The notes under the pieces are model-generated. The model was given only the letters and a program-made list of their open reading frames with translations. It had not been told where the DNA came from and ran no database searches. Below, one piece after another: positions 10,445 through 19,793 of a stretch of DNA of 64,000 bases (position 1 is the stretch's first letter; every line of letters starts with the position of its first letter). A program made the position numbers and the translations under genes. The DNA is from an uncultured archaeon (lineage in GTDB: Archaea > Thermoproteota > Nitrososphaeria_A > Caldarchaeales > Wolframiiraptoraceae): the NCBI GenBank assembly GCA_938083505.1, contig CALKCF010000002.1, forward strand, positions 1 through 64,000, read 5' to 3'.

Positions 10445-11102
10445 GCAACATTCCATGATCATTGTTCAAATATACGTATTTCTTCGAGGCGCTCAATTCT
10501 TTCAATTTCTTCGCAATCTCCACTAGTTCTGACTCGAGATATACATATGCATACCAAGCCTCTCTTCCATGTAACCTTAAGTAAACTATGTCGTTTGTCG
10601 CAAGTATATCCCTCGGCAAGTTAGGCGCATCGACTGAGCAGAATACTAGACCCAGAGACTCAACACTTTTTACCTTTTTCCACCATGATTCATGCCTAAA
10701 CTCCACGACGGCGCTACAAGGTAACTCCATCATTCTAAAAAACCTAGCTAACCTCTCAAGGTTTGTCTGGCTGGCAACGAAGCTCGAGGGCATCTGGAAG
10801 AGGAGGAACGATATCTTATCGAGAACGTCTTCAAGAGGTTTCATAAACTTTGGCCATAGTCGTATCGCGGCATCGCCCAGTCTGCTCCTGTGGGTGATGG
10901 AACTGTGAACTTTTATGCTAAAGTCGAAGTCCTTAGGTGCTTTAAGCCATGTGACCGTCCAGGACCTGCTCGGAAACCTATAGAAGGAGGCGTTTATTTC
11001 GACAGTCTTGAACCCTTGATTGATGTACCATTCAAAAGGTGTGGGCTTACCTTCATTCCAATAGTAGTTATAACCCGATGTGCCGACCTTAATTGTGTCC
11101 AT
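10407..11102 (-). CDS. DUF72 family protein
   Basis: VGTSGY, TVEINASFYRFP, VEFRHESW, YLRLHG, YLNND. Confidence 0.93.
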   Translation of the reverse strand: MDTIKVGTSGYNYYWNEGKPTPFEWYINQGFKTVEINASFYRFPSRSWTVTWLKAPKDFDFSIKVHSSITHRSRLGDAAIRLWPKFMKPLEDVLDKISFLLFQMPSSFVASQTNLERLARFFRMMELPCSAVVEFRHESWWKKVKSVESLGLVFCSVDAPNLPRDILATNDIVYLRLHGREAWYAYVYLESELVEIAKKLKELSASKKYVYLNNDHGMLPNSKRLMKLLEC

Positions 11103-11181
11103 TTAAGGTTAGCAATATTCATCTTGAATATAACCACTCATGGACGAAACGTTCATATGCAGTATAACTCTATTCGAGTTC

Positions 11182-11753
11182 ATGGATAGGCTGAAAGCGC
11201 CTCCAGGTCAGAAGTTCGTAGATGAATGGTAGATATATTCTGCCCTTGGTACGCCCAAAATAGACCTGAAGTCGTGGACGTTGACTGTTGGAGGCCTTAC
11301 TGAAAGGACGCTCATCTTGAGCTATGAGGAGCTGTCATCCATGCCCCAGACGAAGATCTTAGAATATTTTCATTGCGTCACAGGCTGGAGCATAGGCCCT
11401 CTTGAGTTTGAGGGGTACGTGTGCGTTATTTAGCGGAGCTTGCGGGCGTTAGACCAGAAGCAAAATGGTTCATGTTCAAATGTGCCGATGGTTACGCCGC
11501 ACCCGTACCCATTGAAGATGCGTTGCATGAAAGGTCTTTGATCGTGTTAAAGCTCAATGACGAGTCACTAAGCATTGAGCAGAGCTTTCCGGCTAGACCG
11601 TTCATACCACACCTGTATGCATGGAAGAGCGCAAAGTGGCTGGTTTTAGTAGAATTTATTGAGTCATACGTCGATGGTTACTGGGAAGCCAGAGGATATC
11701 ATGAGCGTGGCAACGTATACCTTGAGGAGAGATATAAAAGCAAAAGTACTTAA
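11182..11753 (+). pseudogene. sulfite oxidase-like molybdoenzyme (YuiH/MsrP-like)
   Basis: ATG 11182 PPGQ...FHCVTGWS; in-frame TAG at 11230; frameshift in a G-run near 11412; C-term [17 protein letters not shown]. Confidence 0.85.
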
Positions 11754-11790
11754 AACAAAGCTCTGCAGAAAAATACGACGGTGTAGTTGA

Positions 11791-12015
11791 TTGAGTCAAC
11801 AAAAAAAGGATAGGCCAAAGATATTCGACCATCGCCATTGTGTTGTATGCGGCCGAGCGATTCCACCCAATGAACAAACTTGCTCGCCGGATTGCAAGGA
11901 AAAGCTCGAGATAAGCAGGGAGAAGGAGAAGAAGAGTAGAAGGATGATGCTGATAATCTACGTAGTCGTGATAGTCATTTTGCTGCTCTTATTCCTTCTC
12001 AGACCAGTACCCTAA
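11791..12015 (+). CDS. DUF2116 Zn-ribbon membrane protein
   Basis: HRHCVVCGRAIPP..CSPDC plus C-terminal TM. Confidence 0.85.
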   Translation: MSQQKKDRPKIFDHRHCVVCGRAIPPNEQTCSPDCKEKLEISREKEKKSRRMMLIIYVVVIVILLLLFLLRPVP

Positions 12016-12057
12016 CTCAAAACATTTATTTGAGTACTTACAAACAAATATTGCATC

Positions 12058-12339
12058 TTGTCGCTCGTAGAAAAAGTCAAGGAGAAATTGCGTAACTTCA
12101 TAGACCCTGTCACAGGCTTGAGCATAGTAGAAAGCCAAGCGGTACTTGCCGTGAAGGAGGTTGAGGAGGGAGTTATACAGATAGAGTTTGTGCCAAGCAG
12201 CCCCTACAACCCAATGGCTTACAGCTATGCCATGGCGCTGAAGGCCATATCCTCGAAGGTCGATGGTGTTAAGAAGGTGGTCGTCATCTGTAAGAACCAC
12301 ATAATGGCTGAAAGGATAAACGAAGAGGTCAATAGATAA
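12058..12339 (+). CDS. DUF59/MIP18 Fe-S assembly-type protein
   Basis: IDPVTGLSIV motif; the usual CP reads NP (PSSPYNPMA). Confidence 0.75.
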   Translation: MSLVEKVKEKLRNFIDPVTGLSIVESQAVLAVKEVEEGVIQIEFVPSSPYNPMAYSYAMALKAISSKVDGVKKVVVICKNHIMAERINEEVNR

Positions 12340-12345
12340 AAGTAG

Positions 12346-12458
12346 TAGCCCGGGCCGGATTCGAACCGGCGTCCGCGGGGTTCTCCTCCGCGCGGCGGAT
12401 CCAAAGCCCGCGATCCCTGGCCCATCTGACCAGCATTTGGCCGCTAGACGACCGGGCT
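12346..12458 (-). tRNA. tRNA-Gln(TTG) with two 20-nt introns (21/22 and 37/38)
   Basis: Acceptor AGCCCGG/CCGGGCT, T-arm GCCGG-TTCGAAT-CCGGC; removing 12417-12436 and 12381-12400 gives a 73-nt cloverleaf. Confidence 0.92.
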
Positions 12459-12766
12459 ACCAAAAATATGAGCTCAGCAGAAAAATTTAAACTTAGGGTG
12501 CCGAATAGGGGGTTCCTTTTAAGCAATACGATCGCTGGGCCGAATTCCCCATTTTTATTGGAAGCCGCAACTTCATACTTGCTAGCTAACTTTCTCGGAT
12601 TAGTTCAGCATTCGTGGAAAAATTTTCTTTATCGATGTTTAACTAATTCCCTCTGGAAACCACAATCAAACTCCTGAAAAAAATTAGGTCATCAAAGCTC
12701 GTCCTCCAAAACGATAAAGGTTTAAGAGCCAGTCCTTTCTAGAGGTTTCAGGTGGGTCAGGACAAT

Positions 12767-13084
12767 ATGGAGTACATATACGCTGCTCTCCTCCTTCATA
12801 GGGCAGGAAAGCCTGTGAGCGAAGAAGGTATAAAGAGCGTCCTCTCTGCGGCAGGCATACAACCAGACGAGAGCAGGGTGAAGACCCTTGTGGCAGCGCT
12901 CTCGGAGATAAATATAGATGAGGTCCTAAAGAGTGCTGTAGCAGCACCCTTCGTAGCGACGGCTGCTGCGACTCCTGCCACACCGGCCCAGCCAGAGGCG
13001 AAGCCAAAAGAGGAGAAGAAGGAGGAAGAGAGGAAGAAGGAAGAGGAAGAGGCACTGGCTGGTCTAAGCGCGCTATTCGGCTGA
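12767..13084 (+). CDS. rpl12: 50S ribosomal protein L12 (P1)
   Basis: [11 protein letters not shown]...[13 protein letters not shown]. Confidence 0.97.
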   Translation: MEYIYAALLLHRAGKPVSEEGIKSVLSAAGIQPDESRVKTLVAALSEINIDEVLKSAVAAPFVATAAATPATPAQPEAKPKEEKKEEERKKEEEEALAGLSALFG

Positions 13085-13096
13085 AAATCTTGAAAG

Positions 13097-15847
13097 GTGC
13101 TAAGCTTCATGAGGTTTTCGCCGGAGGCGTATAAGTTAGGATTTTTTCTCGATAACGGTTTCGTTAGAAAGAGATGCACGGTATGTGGAGAACACTTTTG
13201 GACACTCGACGCAAACAGGGATGTTTGCGGGGAATCACCTTGCGTGCCCTATACCTTCATAGGAAAAAGGTTAACTAAAGAGAGGCTAAAGTTAAAGGAT
13301 ACACGCGAAAAGTTCCTGAAGTTTTTCGAGAGAAAGGGTCACGCAATCATAAAGCCGTACCCAGTCGTGCCTAGGTGGAGGGGAGACCTATACCTCGTCT
13401 CGGCAAGCATCGTGGATTTCCAGCCATGGGTAACGTCAGGCATAGCACCGCCGCCCGCCAATCCCCTTGTCGTGAGCCAACCATGCATAAGGCTCGTCGA
13501 TATGGATAAGGTCGGCCTCACGTTCGGTAGACATCTAACGATATTCGAAATGGGCGGAGCGCACGCGTTCAACTATCCTGACAAAGAGGTTTATTGGAAG
13601 GATACGACCGTTCAGTACCATCATGAGTTTGCGACGGAGGAGCTCGGAATAGATCCGGAGAGCATAACCTACAAGGAGTCAGTATGGTACGGGGGTGGAA
13701 ATGCTGGCCCTTGCTTTGAGACGATCTCAGGGGGTTTGGAGCTGGCGACGCTTGTGTTCATGCACTATAAGACGTTAGACGACGAGCTTGTCGAAATTCC
13801 GATAAGGACCGTGGACACTGGCTATGGTATCGAGAGGTACGCGTGGTTTAGCCAAGGAACGCACAGCTCCTTCGAGGTGATCTACGGTGAGCTTTACAAA
13901 AAGGTAATGGATATGCTTGGCGTCGAGCAGCCCGATGCCCACATACTTGATGCCTACGCACCATACACGGCCATCGTAACACCGAAGGAGGGGACAAGTA
14001 TCGCCGAGGTTCGGAAGAAGATATCAAAGTTCTCGGGCATATCGCTCGAGACGATAGAAAGGTTGATAGTACCTCTGGAGAGGTTCTTCGCCTCACTCGA
14101 CTACACTAAGTCCATATCCTTTATACTGTCCGAAGGGATAGTGCCCTCGAATGTCAAGTCAGGGTACTTGGCAAGGCTACTGATAAGGAAGGCATACAGA
14201 GTCCTTCAGACATTAGTTCATAAAGATAGATTGTTTGACCTTATTGATATGCAGATCGGATACTGGTCAAGGGACTTTCCCCATCTGGCGGAGATGCGTG
14301 ACGAGGTTCTGGACATAGTGATGACGGAGGTCTCGAAGTTTAAGGACACAATAGAGAAGGGGACGGCGTACGTTGAGAGGGAGCTGGCGAGTTTGAAAAA
14401 ACGCACGGACGCCGTACCTGTCGAGTTTCTCGTCAAGGTTTACGATGAGAAAGGCATAACGCCAGAGGTCATTGAACGCATAGCTCAGAAGCTACAACTT
14501 AAGGTTAACGTCCCCGAGAACTTTTACGAATACGTTGCATCCAGACATCTCCAGGAAATACCGGCAGCTACAACTGCAGAAAAAGGTTTAGACACCGTAG
14601 TCCAAAGTTTGAGTCCGACAATCAAGCTCTTCTATGATTTTCCGTTCGAAGTTAAATTCGAGGCGAACGTTCTAAAAGTTCATGGTGATTACGTAATCCT
14701 AGATAGAACGTTATTCTACGCCGAGAGTGGTGGTCAGGTGGGCGATACTGGCATTCTTCGCTTCAGTACTGGTGAGTGTAAGGTTGTCGATACGCAACTC
14801 GTAAACGGTGTCATCTTACACAAGGTTTTAGGAGCGAAACCATCTGAAGGTGAGCGTGTCGTCGGTGAGGTTGATATCGAACGAAGGTTAAAGATAATGA
14901 GGCACCACACAGCAACACATATACTGCTTAGTGTCGCGAGGCATGTTTTGGGAAAACACGTATGGCAAGCTGGTGCCAAAAAGGAGCCGGATAAGGCAAG
15001 GCTAGACATATTCCACCATAAGAGGTTAACGGCGGAGGAGGTTGAAAGGATTGAGTCTTTGAGTAACGAAATAGTTCATAAGAGCATACCTGTCAATATA
15101 CGCATGATGGACAGGAACGAGGCCGAGAGATTGTACGGCTTTCGTCTTTACCAGGGAGGCGAGGTTCCTTCAGCTGTGATAAGGGTCGTTGAGATACCTA
15201 ATTGGGACGTCCAAGCATGCGGCGGCTTACATTGTACAAACACAGAAGACGTTGGTTTCATAAAGATAATAAAGACCGAAAGGATACAGGACGGTGTAGA
15301 ACGCTTCATCTTCGCGGCAGGACCTTCGGCTTTACCGTACGTACAGGAACAAGAAAGAGTTGGACGAAAGATTGCAGAGATTTTGGGCGTATCTACTTCA
15401 GAGCTCGATAAGAAGGTTGAGGAGCTGCTAATGGAATTAAAAAATGTAAGGAAGGCTACCAAGAGACTCATGGAACTCTACGCGAAGAGAAGGGCGGCTG
15501 AGCTCGTATCTACAGCCGAAAAGGTCGGCGGAATATTTGTGCTCAAAAGCTACGAGGAGTTGGACGACAAAGATTACCTGATATTGCTGGCAGCTGAAGT
15601 GCTCAATAAAATATCCGAACCTGCCGTAACAATACTCTTGACTGGGATAGAGTCCATAAAGATCTTGACGATGGCAAACGAAGCTGCTGTAAAGGTTGGC
15701 GTAGACGCAGGTCGTCTTGCGTCAAGAATCTCGTCGGCGCTTGGAGGAAAGGGCGGGGGGCGCCCGAACTTAGGGCAGGGCGGGGCACCACACTCGGAGA
15801 GGGTGCACAAGCTTCTGAAAAGTTTGGAAAAATTCTTTCAAGGCTAG
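13097..15847 (+). CDS. alaS: alanyl-tRNA synthetase
   Basis: QPCIRLVD, VDTGYGIER, HTATH and CGGLH editing motifs, GGKGGG. Confidence 0.97.
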   Translation: MLSFMRFSPEAYKLGFFLDNGFVRKRCTVCGEHFWTLDANRDVCGESPCVPYTFIGKRLTKERLKLKDTREKFLKFFERKGHAIIKPYPVVPRWRGDLYLVSASIVDFQPWVTSGIAPPPANPLVVSQPCIRLVDMDKVGLTFGRHLTIFEMGGAHAFNYPDKEVYWKDTTVQYHHEFATEELGIDPESITYKESVWYGGGNAGPCFETISGGLELATLVFMHYKTLDDELVEIPIRTVDTGYGIERYAWFSQGTHSSFEVIYGELYKKVMDMLGVEQPDAHILDAYAPYTAIVTPKEGTSIAEVRKKISKFSGISLETIERLIVPLERFFASLDYTKSISFILSEGIVPSNVKSGYLARLLIRKAYRVLQTLVHKDRLFDLIDMQIGYWSRDFPHLAEMRDEVLDIVMTEVSKFKDTIEKGTAYVERELASLKKRTDAVPVEFLVKVYDEKGITPEVIERIAQKLQLKVNVPENFYEYVASRHLQEIPAATTAEKGLDTVVQSLSPTIKLFYDFPFEVKFEANVLKVHGDYVILDRTLFYAESGGQVGDTGILRFSTGECKVVDTQLVNGVILHKVLGAKPSEGERVVGEVDIERRLKIMRHHTATHILLSVARHVLGKHVWQAGAKKEPDKARLDIFHHKRLTAEEVERIESLSNEIVHKSIPVNIRMMDRNEAERLYGFRLYQGGEVPSAVIRVVEIPNWDVQACGGLHCTNTEDVGFIKIIKTERIQDGVERFIFAAGPSALPYVQEQERVGRKIAEILGVSTSELDKKVEELLMELKNVRKATKRLMELYAKRRAAELVSTAEKVGGIFVLKSYEELDDKDYLILLAAEVLNKISEPAVTILLTGIESIKILTMANEAAVKVGVDAGRLASRISSALGGKGGGRPNLGQGGAPHSERVHKLLKSLEKFFQG

Positions 15848-15957
15848 TTAGGAAAAGATAGCAACATTATAGTTCAGGACAGCACAGTATTTATATTTCG
15901 CCTGAAATAAAATTGTTTTACGACAACCCCCTTGTAAAAGGGTGACTGGGTACGCAG

Positions 15958-16947
15958 TTGTTTGATAGATACAGCAGACTTATAAACGCCGTCAGGATAT
16001 CGCTCACACCAAGTACTAAGTGCAACTTCAGATGTATCTTCTGTCACATGGAGGGAGTTTACGAAGACACGGATACCATGATGACACCGGAAGAGATAGA
16101 AAGGGTGATGAGAATTCTGAAGAAATTTGATATAAAGAGCGTTAAACTGACCGGTGGTGAACCGATGCTAAGGAATGACATAGTCGAGATAATCGAAAGG
16201 TTACATAACCTCGGGTTCGAGGACATATCCATGACGACGAACGGTACGAGATTTCCGCAACTTGCAAAAAGGTTACGAGATGCTGGCTTGAATCGGGTAA
16301 ACATCAGCTTGCATAGCATAAATGCACGGAAGTTTTGCTGGATAGTCGGCGCAGAGCTGGCTGATGGTGAAAAGAGGTTGCAGCATACCATAGAGGCTAT
16401 AAAAGCAGCACTGGATGCAGGCATAGAGGTTGTGAAGTTGAACGTCGTAATAATGAAGGGCATTAACGAAGATGAAGTTGACGATATGGTCAAGTTTGTA
16501 AAGGACATCGGTCATGAGAACTGCATACTTCAACTGATAGAGCTTGTTCATGAAGGTGATGTGAGAGACTCTGAATTTTTCCAAAAATATTACTACGACC
16601 TTGGACCTATTGAGGATGCCATAAAGAAGAGAGCGATAAAATATGTAACGCGTAAACTACAGATGAGGAGGCAGTACCTTCTACCAGAAAACGTTTGGGT
16701 CGAGTTCGTGAGGCCTATGAGGAATTGTGATTTCTGCATGAATGATTCAAGAATCAGGATAACGCATGATGGAAAGTTTAAACCGTGTCTAATGAGAAAC
16801 GATAACTATGTGGATTTTTTGACACCGATGAGGAACGGTACCTCAGATGAGGAGTTAGAAAGGTTATTTCTCAGGGCCGTTTATCTGAGGGAGCCGTTTT
16901 GGAAGCCTAATGACTTTCGTCCAACCGACGACGTAACAATAATTTGA
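15958..16947 (+). CDS. moaA: GTP 3',8-cyclase MoaA
   Basis: CNFRCIFCHMEG, KLTGGEP, FCMNDSRIRITHDGKFKPCL. Confidence 0.93.
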   Translation: MFDRYSRLINAVRISLTPSTKCNFRCIFCHMEGVYEDTDTMMTPEEIERVMRILKKFDIKSVKLTGGEPMLRNDIVEIIERLHNLGFEDISMTTNGTRFPQLAKRLRDAGLNRVNISLHSINARKFCWIVGAELADGEKRLQHTIEAIKAALDAGIEVVKLNVVIMKGINEDEVDDMVKFVKDIGHENCILQLIELVHEGDVRDSEFFQKYYYDLGPIEDAIKKRAIKYVTRKLQMRRQYLLPENVWVEFVRPMRNCDFCMNDSRIRITHDGKFKPCLMRNDNYVDFLTPMRNGTSDEELERLFLRAVYLREPFWKPNDFRPTDDVTII

Positions 16948-16953
16948 GTAAAC

Positions 16954-17157
16954 TCATTTCTTTTTGCTGAGCCACCATTCCAGGTATTCTTCCTTATGTC
17001 GCTTCTTCCTCTCTTGCTCTTCCTTGAGGGTCATCCTCTTTTCTTTTATCATAATGAGGTCCTGTAGCGTGTAAGAAACGCCGCAGTTGTTGCATACGTA
17101 TTGCCTAGTTTCCCTGTCGTAGAACATCGTTCCGCCGCAATCTGGACAGAACCGCAG
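16954..17157 (-). CDS. 67-aa Zn-ribbon protein (not in ORF track), probable CTG start
   Basis: (M)RFCPDCGG..YVCNNCG..EYLEWWLSKKK; GGAGG 9 nt upstream of CTG. Confidence 0.75.
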   Translation of the reverse strand: MRFCPDCGGTMFYDRETRQYVCNNCGVSYTLQDLIMIKEKRMTLKEEQERKKRHKEEYLEWWLSKKK

Positions 17158-17221
17158 AACCCTTAACCTCCTTCCGTATATTATTTAGCCCAGCTACAAT
17201 TTAAGCCTTGTCAATCAATAC

Positions 17222-17941
17222 CTATTCAACTATTACGAGTTCCAGGGGCGAAGTGTACCTAAACGGAAACATCTGACCCAGACCCCTCGAAACGTAAAGG
17301 ATGTTACCGTCTTTAAGCTCGTACAGTCCCCTTACGTATACCGAGTTTGAGTATATGGACTGGCCGGCAATAACTACGCCTCCGTGCGTATGCCCGGCCA
17401 AAATTGCTCGGGCGCCCGATACACTCAAAGCGGCGTTCGGGTCGTGAACGATTACAAGCCCCTCGAGTCTACGTTCGGGGTACTTCCTGTCGTCCCTCCA
17501 GTCGAGGCCCCATACCTTTCCGAAGGATGCTTGAGTCGATGCGTCCTTGAGGACGATAAACCTGTTGTCTTTTAATATTCTCGCTAAATCTCCAGCCTTG
17601 CCGCTCCAATACTCGTGGTTACCCATCACGGCGAACTTTTCTTTTGCCTCCAACATTGAAACGTATTTGCTTACCAAATTCATATCTAGAGTAAAGGCAT
17701 CTACAGTATCCCCTCCCAGAAGGATAGTGTCGGGTTGCTCTTTTGCTAGAATACTTAAAACCTTATTTTTGACACCATCAATCCCGTGAATGTGTAGATC
17801 TGCCAAGAAGGCTATCTTTCTACCTATGCCGAGTTTTATGCGGGTTACCTCGAGGTCCGTTGTCGTTACATAGCCCACGGATAGGAACGTTCCAGCAACT
17901 ATCAAAGAAGATATCAAGATGAAACGGCGTCTAGTCAGCAC
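17222..17941 (-). CDS. metallophosphoesterase (YkuE-like) with Tat-like N-terminus
   Basis: DLH, GGD..D, GNHE, GHTHGG; LTRRRFI. Confidence 0.9.
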   Translation of the reverse strand: MLTRRRFILISSLIVAGTFLSVGYVTTTDLEVTRIKLGIGRKIAFLADLHIHGIDGVKNKVLSILAKEQPDTILLGGDTVDAFTLDMNLVSKYVSMLEAKEKFAVMGNHEYWSGKAGDLARILKDNRFIVLKDASTQASFGKVWGLDWRDDRKYPERRLEGLVIVHDPNAALSVSGARAILAGHTHGGVVIAGQSIYSNSVYVRGLYELKDGNILYVSRGLGQMFPFRYTSPLELVIVE

Positions 17942-17945
17942 ATCT

Positions 17946-18266
17946 TTACACCTCGCTTCTATCCTGCTTCATTTTGATACGCCTTAGCCAAGTCACGAAG
18001 AGCAGCAGGGGGACCAATATCAATAAAACTGGCAGGAGAGCTATAAGCCAAGGCGCAGAGTTTTCGAATGTAAGTACAAGCGGGAAAGGACCTATCAGGA
18101 ATAATGCGCCGCCCTTAACATCCATGGATAAGGTCGATAGCGTGCCAAACATTATTAAAAAAACTGCAAGGAGAGTTATGGTTATACCTACTGCTAGCAA
18201 TATGAAGGCATTCAAGGAAGTTTGGTTCGTGGAGTCTTTCATCGGAGCACACCCACCATACATCAT
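17946..18266 (-). CDS. DUF131/TIGR00304 membrane protein
   Basis: GGALFLIGPFPLV motif between TMs. Confidence 0.75.
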   Translation of the reverse strand: MMYGGCAPMKDSTNQTSLNAFILLAVGITITLLAVFLIMFGTLSTLSMDVKGGALFLIGPFPLVLTFENSAPWLIALLPVLLILVPLLLFVTWLRRIKMKQDRSEV

Positions 18267-18278
18267 GTATTCAAAAAG

Positions 18279-18518
18279 TTACAGAATTAGAGCAAGTACC
18301 ACAAAGATCATTGCAAACAATACAGCAACAACTAAGAGAGCGCCAGCAAGATTTCTGTCACCGAAGATTATCGGTATCGGCCCCAGCATGACCACACCGC
18401 CAAAACATGTCTTTCCACCACTGCCCAAGCTTCTCAAGAAACCTATCGCAATCAGTATTATGAGTACGCCTATGAGAAGCAAGATTAGACCGATAACTGT
18501 TATCCAGTTCATCACCAC
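18279..18518 (-). CDS. DUF131/TIGR00304 membrane protein
   Basis: GGVVMLGPIPIIFG motif between TMs. Confidence 0.85.
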   Translation of the reverse strand: MVMNWITVIGLILLLIGVLIILIAIGFLRSLGSGGKTCFGGVVMLGPIPIIFGDRNLAGALLVVAVLFAMIFVVLALIL

Positions 18519-18551
18519 AAGATTTTTCGTTTCAAGTATTTTAGCATTCCT

Positions 18552-18644
18552 TCACATTAGGGCAACGTAGATTATTATGCAGATGAGCAGGGCTTCCAGC
18601 GCGACCAAAGATAGCATTATCGCTTCCCTCCTCGTTATCTTCAT
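18552..18644 (-). CDS. putative 30-aa single-TM micro-protein (not in ORF track)
   Basis: MKITRREAIMLSLVALEALLICIIIYVALM, co-oriented with flanking genes. Confidence 0.45.
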   Translation of the reverse strand: MKITRREAIMLSLVALEALLICIIIYVALM

Positions 18645-18743
18645 CGTTCCACGAATGTGCAGAGAGGTCTCGGAGATATACTTTTCGTTTTTCAAACTTT
18701 TAAAGTATGCGTACATATATCCGTACAAAATTCTGATGTATAC

Positions 18744-19304
18744 TTAGCTCTCTAGAATTTTTAGAAATGAATCGATTATCCGTGCAGTTAATCCCCATAT
18801 CACATACTCTCCATAAATATACGCCTTAACCGTTCTCGTTTCACCGTTTCGTAAGGTAACTTTGACATCGTCGTTCTTCAAACCTTTAATTGGTGCCCAA
18901 AAGTAGCTGGACAGTTCTGGAGAAAGCTTAAGCGGCCTTTTTTCTTCTAGAAGGGCAACGAAAGGTGTTACCACAATGTCTGGGTTTCTTAGAGACCATA
19001 CATCCGGTAGAGCGCCAAGCACCATGCTTTTAGGGTCAAGCAGTATTCCAACTTCCTCGAACGTCTCCCTAACAGCGGTTTCTAATATAGAGCTGTCCGA
19101 AGATTTCCGGCGACCTCCAGGTAGCGCAATCTGACCCGACCATGGGTCGTTATGGTCATCTTTGCGTTTCACAAAAAGCACTTCAACGTCATCACTGCTT
19201 GGAAGCAGTATCAGCATAACTGCAGCATAGCTCTCGTGCCGCGAAAGCTCATCAGGAGGTGTCAGCCGTTTGGTTAACAGCCTTACCAAGTCCGTTAATA
19301 ACAA
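18744..19304 (-). CDS. Nudix hydrolase, CoA pyrophosphatase family
   Basis: WSGQIALPGG..ETAVRETFEEVG, IWGLTA. Confidence 0.9.
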   Translation of the reverse strand: MLLTDLVRLLTKRLTPPDELSRHESYAAVMLILLPSSDDVEVLFVKRKDDHNDPWSGQIALPGGRRKSSDSSILETAVRETFEEVGILLDPKSMVLGALPDVWSLRNPDIVVTPFVALLEEKRPLKLSPELSSYFWAPIKGLKNDDVKVTLRNGETRTVKAYIYGEYVIWGLTARIIDSFLKILES

Positions 19305-19307
19305 CGC

Positions 19308-19787
19308 TTATCCACCTTTCTCAAGCATCTTTTTGAACCTTCGTATGAACGCGGAAGCGTTGTTCTCGATTATCTTATGTATAAGGCCCATGCTGAACAA
19401 CTTCGCCAACATACCAGCATCTGCCTCAACGTTATAAATAACCTCCGTTGAGCCGTCTGGAAGGCTCGAGAGGTTAACTGAGAGGTTTAAGAAAACGTTT
19501 GTGCCTGCAACAGAGCCCTCGGCATTCACTTTTAAAGATTCTTTGGGTTTAAGTTCCGTGTACTTTATGTCCATTTTTCCAGCAATTCTGGAAAGGTAGG
19601 AAGTTAGACTCTTATCTTCGGCACCAGATATGTCGACTCTGAACTTAACCTTCACGCTACCGTCGCTAAGCGTTTCAATCTTCTGCACGTTCGGAAAGCA
19701 CGATACAACCTCCGGCATGTTACTCACGACCGACCATACGTCTTCAACTTTTGCTTTAACTACAAATTTGTCGGAGATTTTTATCAA
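19308..19787 (-). CDS. coxG: CoxG/SRPBCC family protein
   Basis: VEDVWSVVSN.PEVVSCFP START-like fold; follows glpA. Confidence 0.8.
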   Translation of the reverse strand: MIKISDKFVVKAKVEDVWSVVSNMPEVVSCFPNVQKIETLSDGSVKVKFRVDISGAEDKSLTSYLSRIAGKMDIKYTELKPKESLKVNAEGSVAGTNVFLNLSVNLSSLPDGSTEVIYNVEADAGMLAKLFSMGLIHKIIENNASAFIRRFKKMLEKGG

Positions 19788-19793
19788 TGCGAA

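Noticed and set aside
12225-12526. ORFs 12225-12425 and 12329-12526
   Set aside because: Spurious frames across the tRNA-Gln gene
12645-12662. TTCCCTCTGGAAAC as an ORB/replication origin
   Set aside because: Single partial match, no G-string, no cdc6/orc1 nearby
15920-15950. Small hairpin before moaA as a Moco riboswitch
   Set aside because: Too short and weak for that fold
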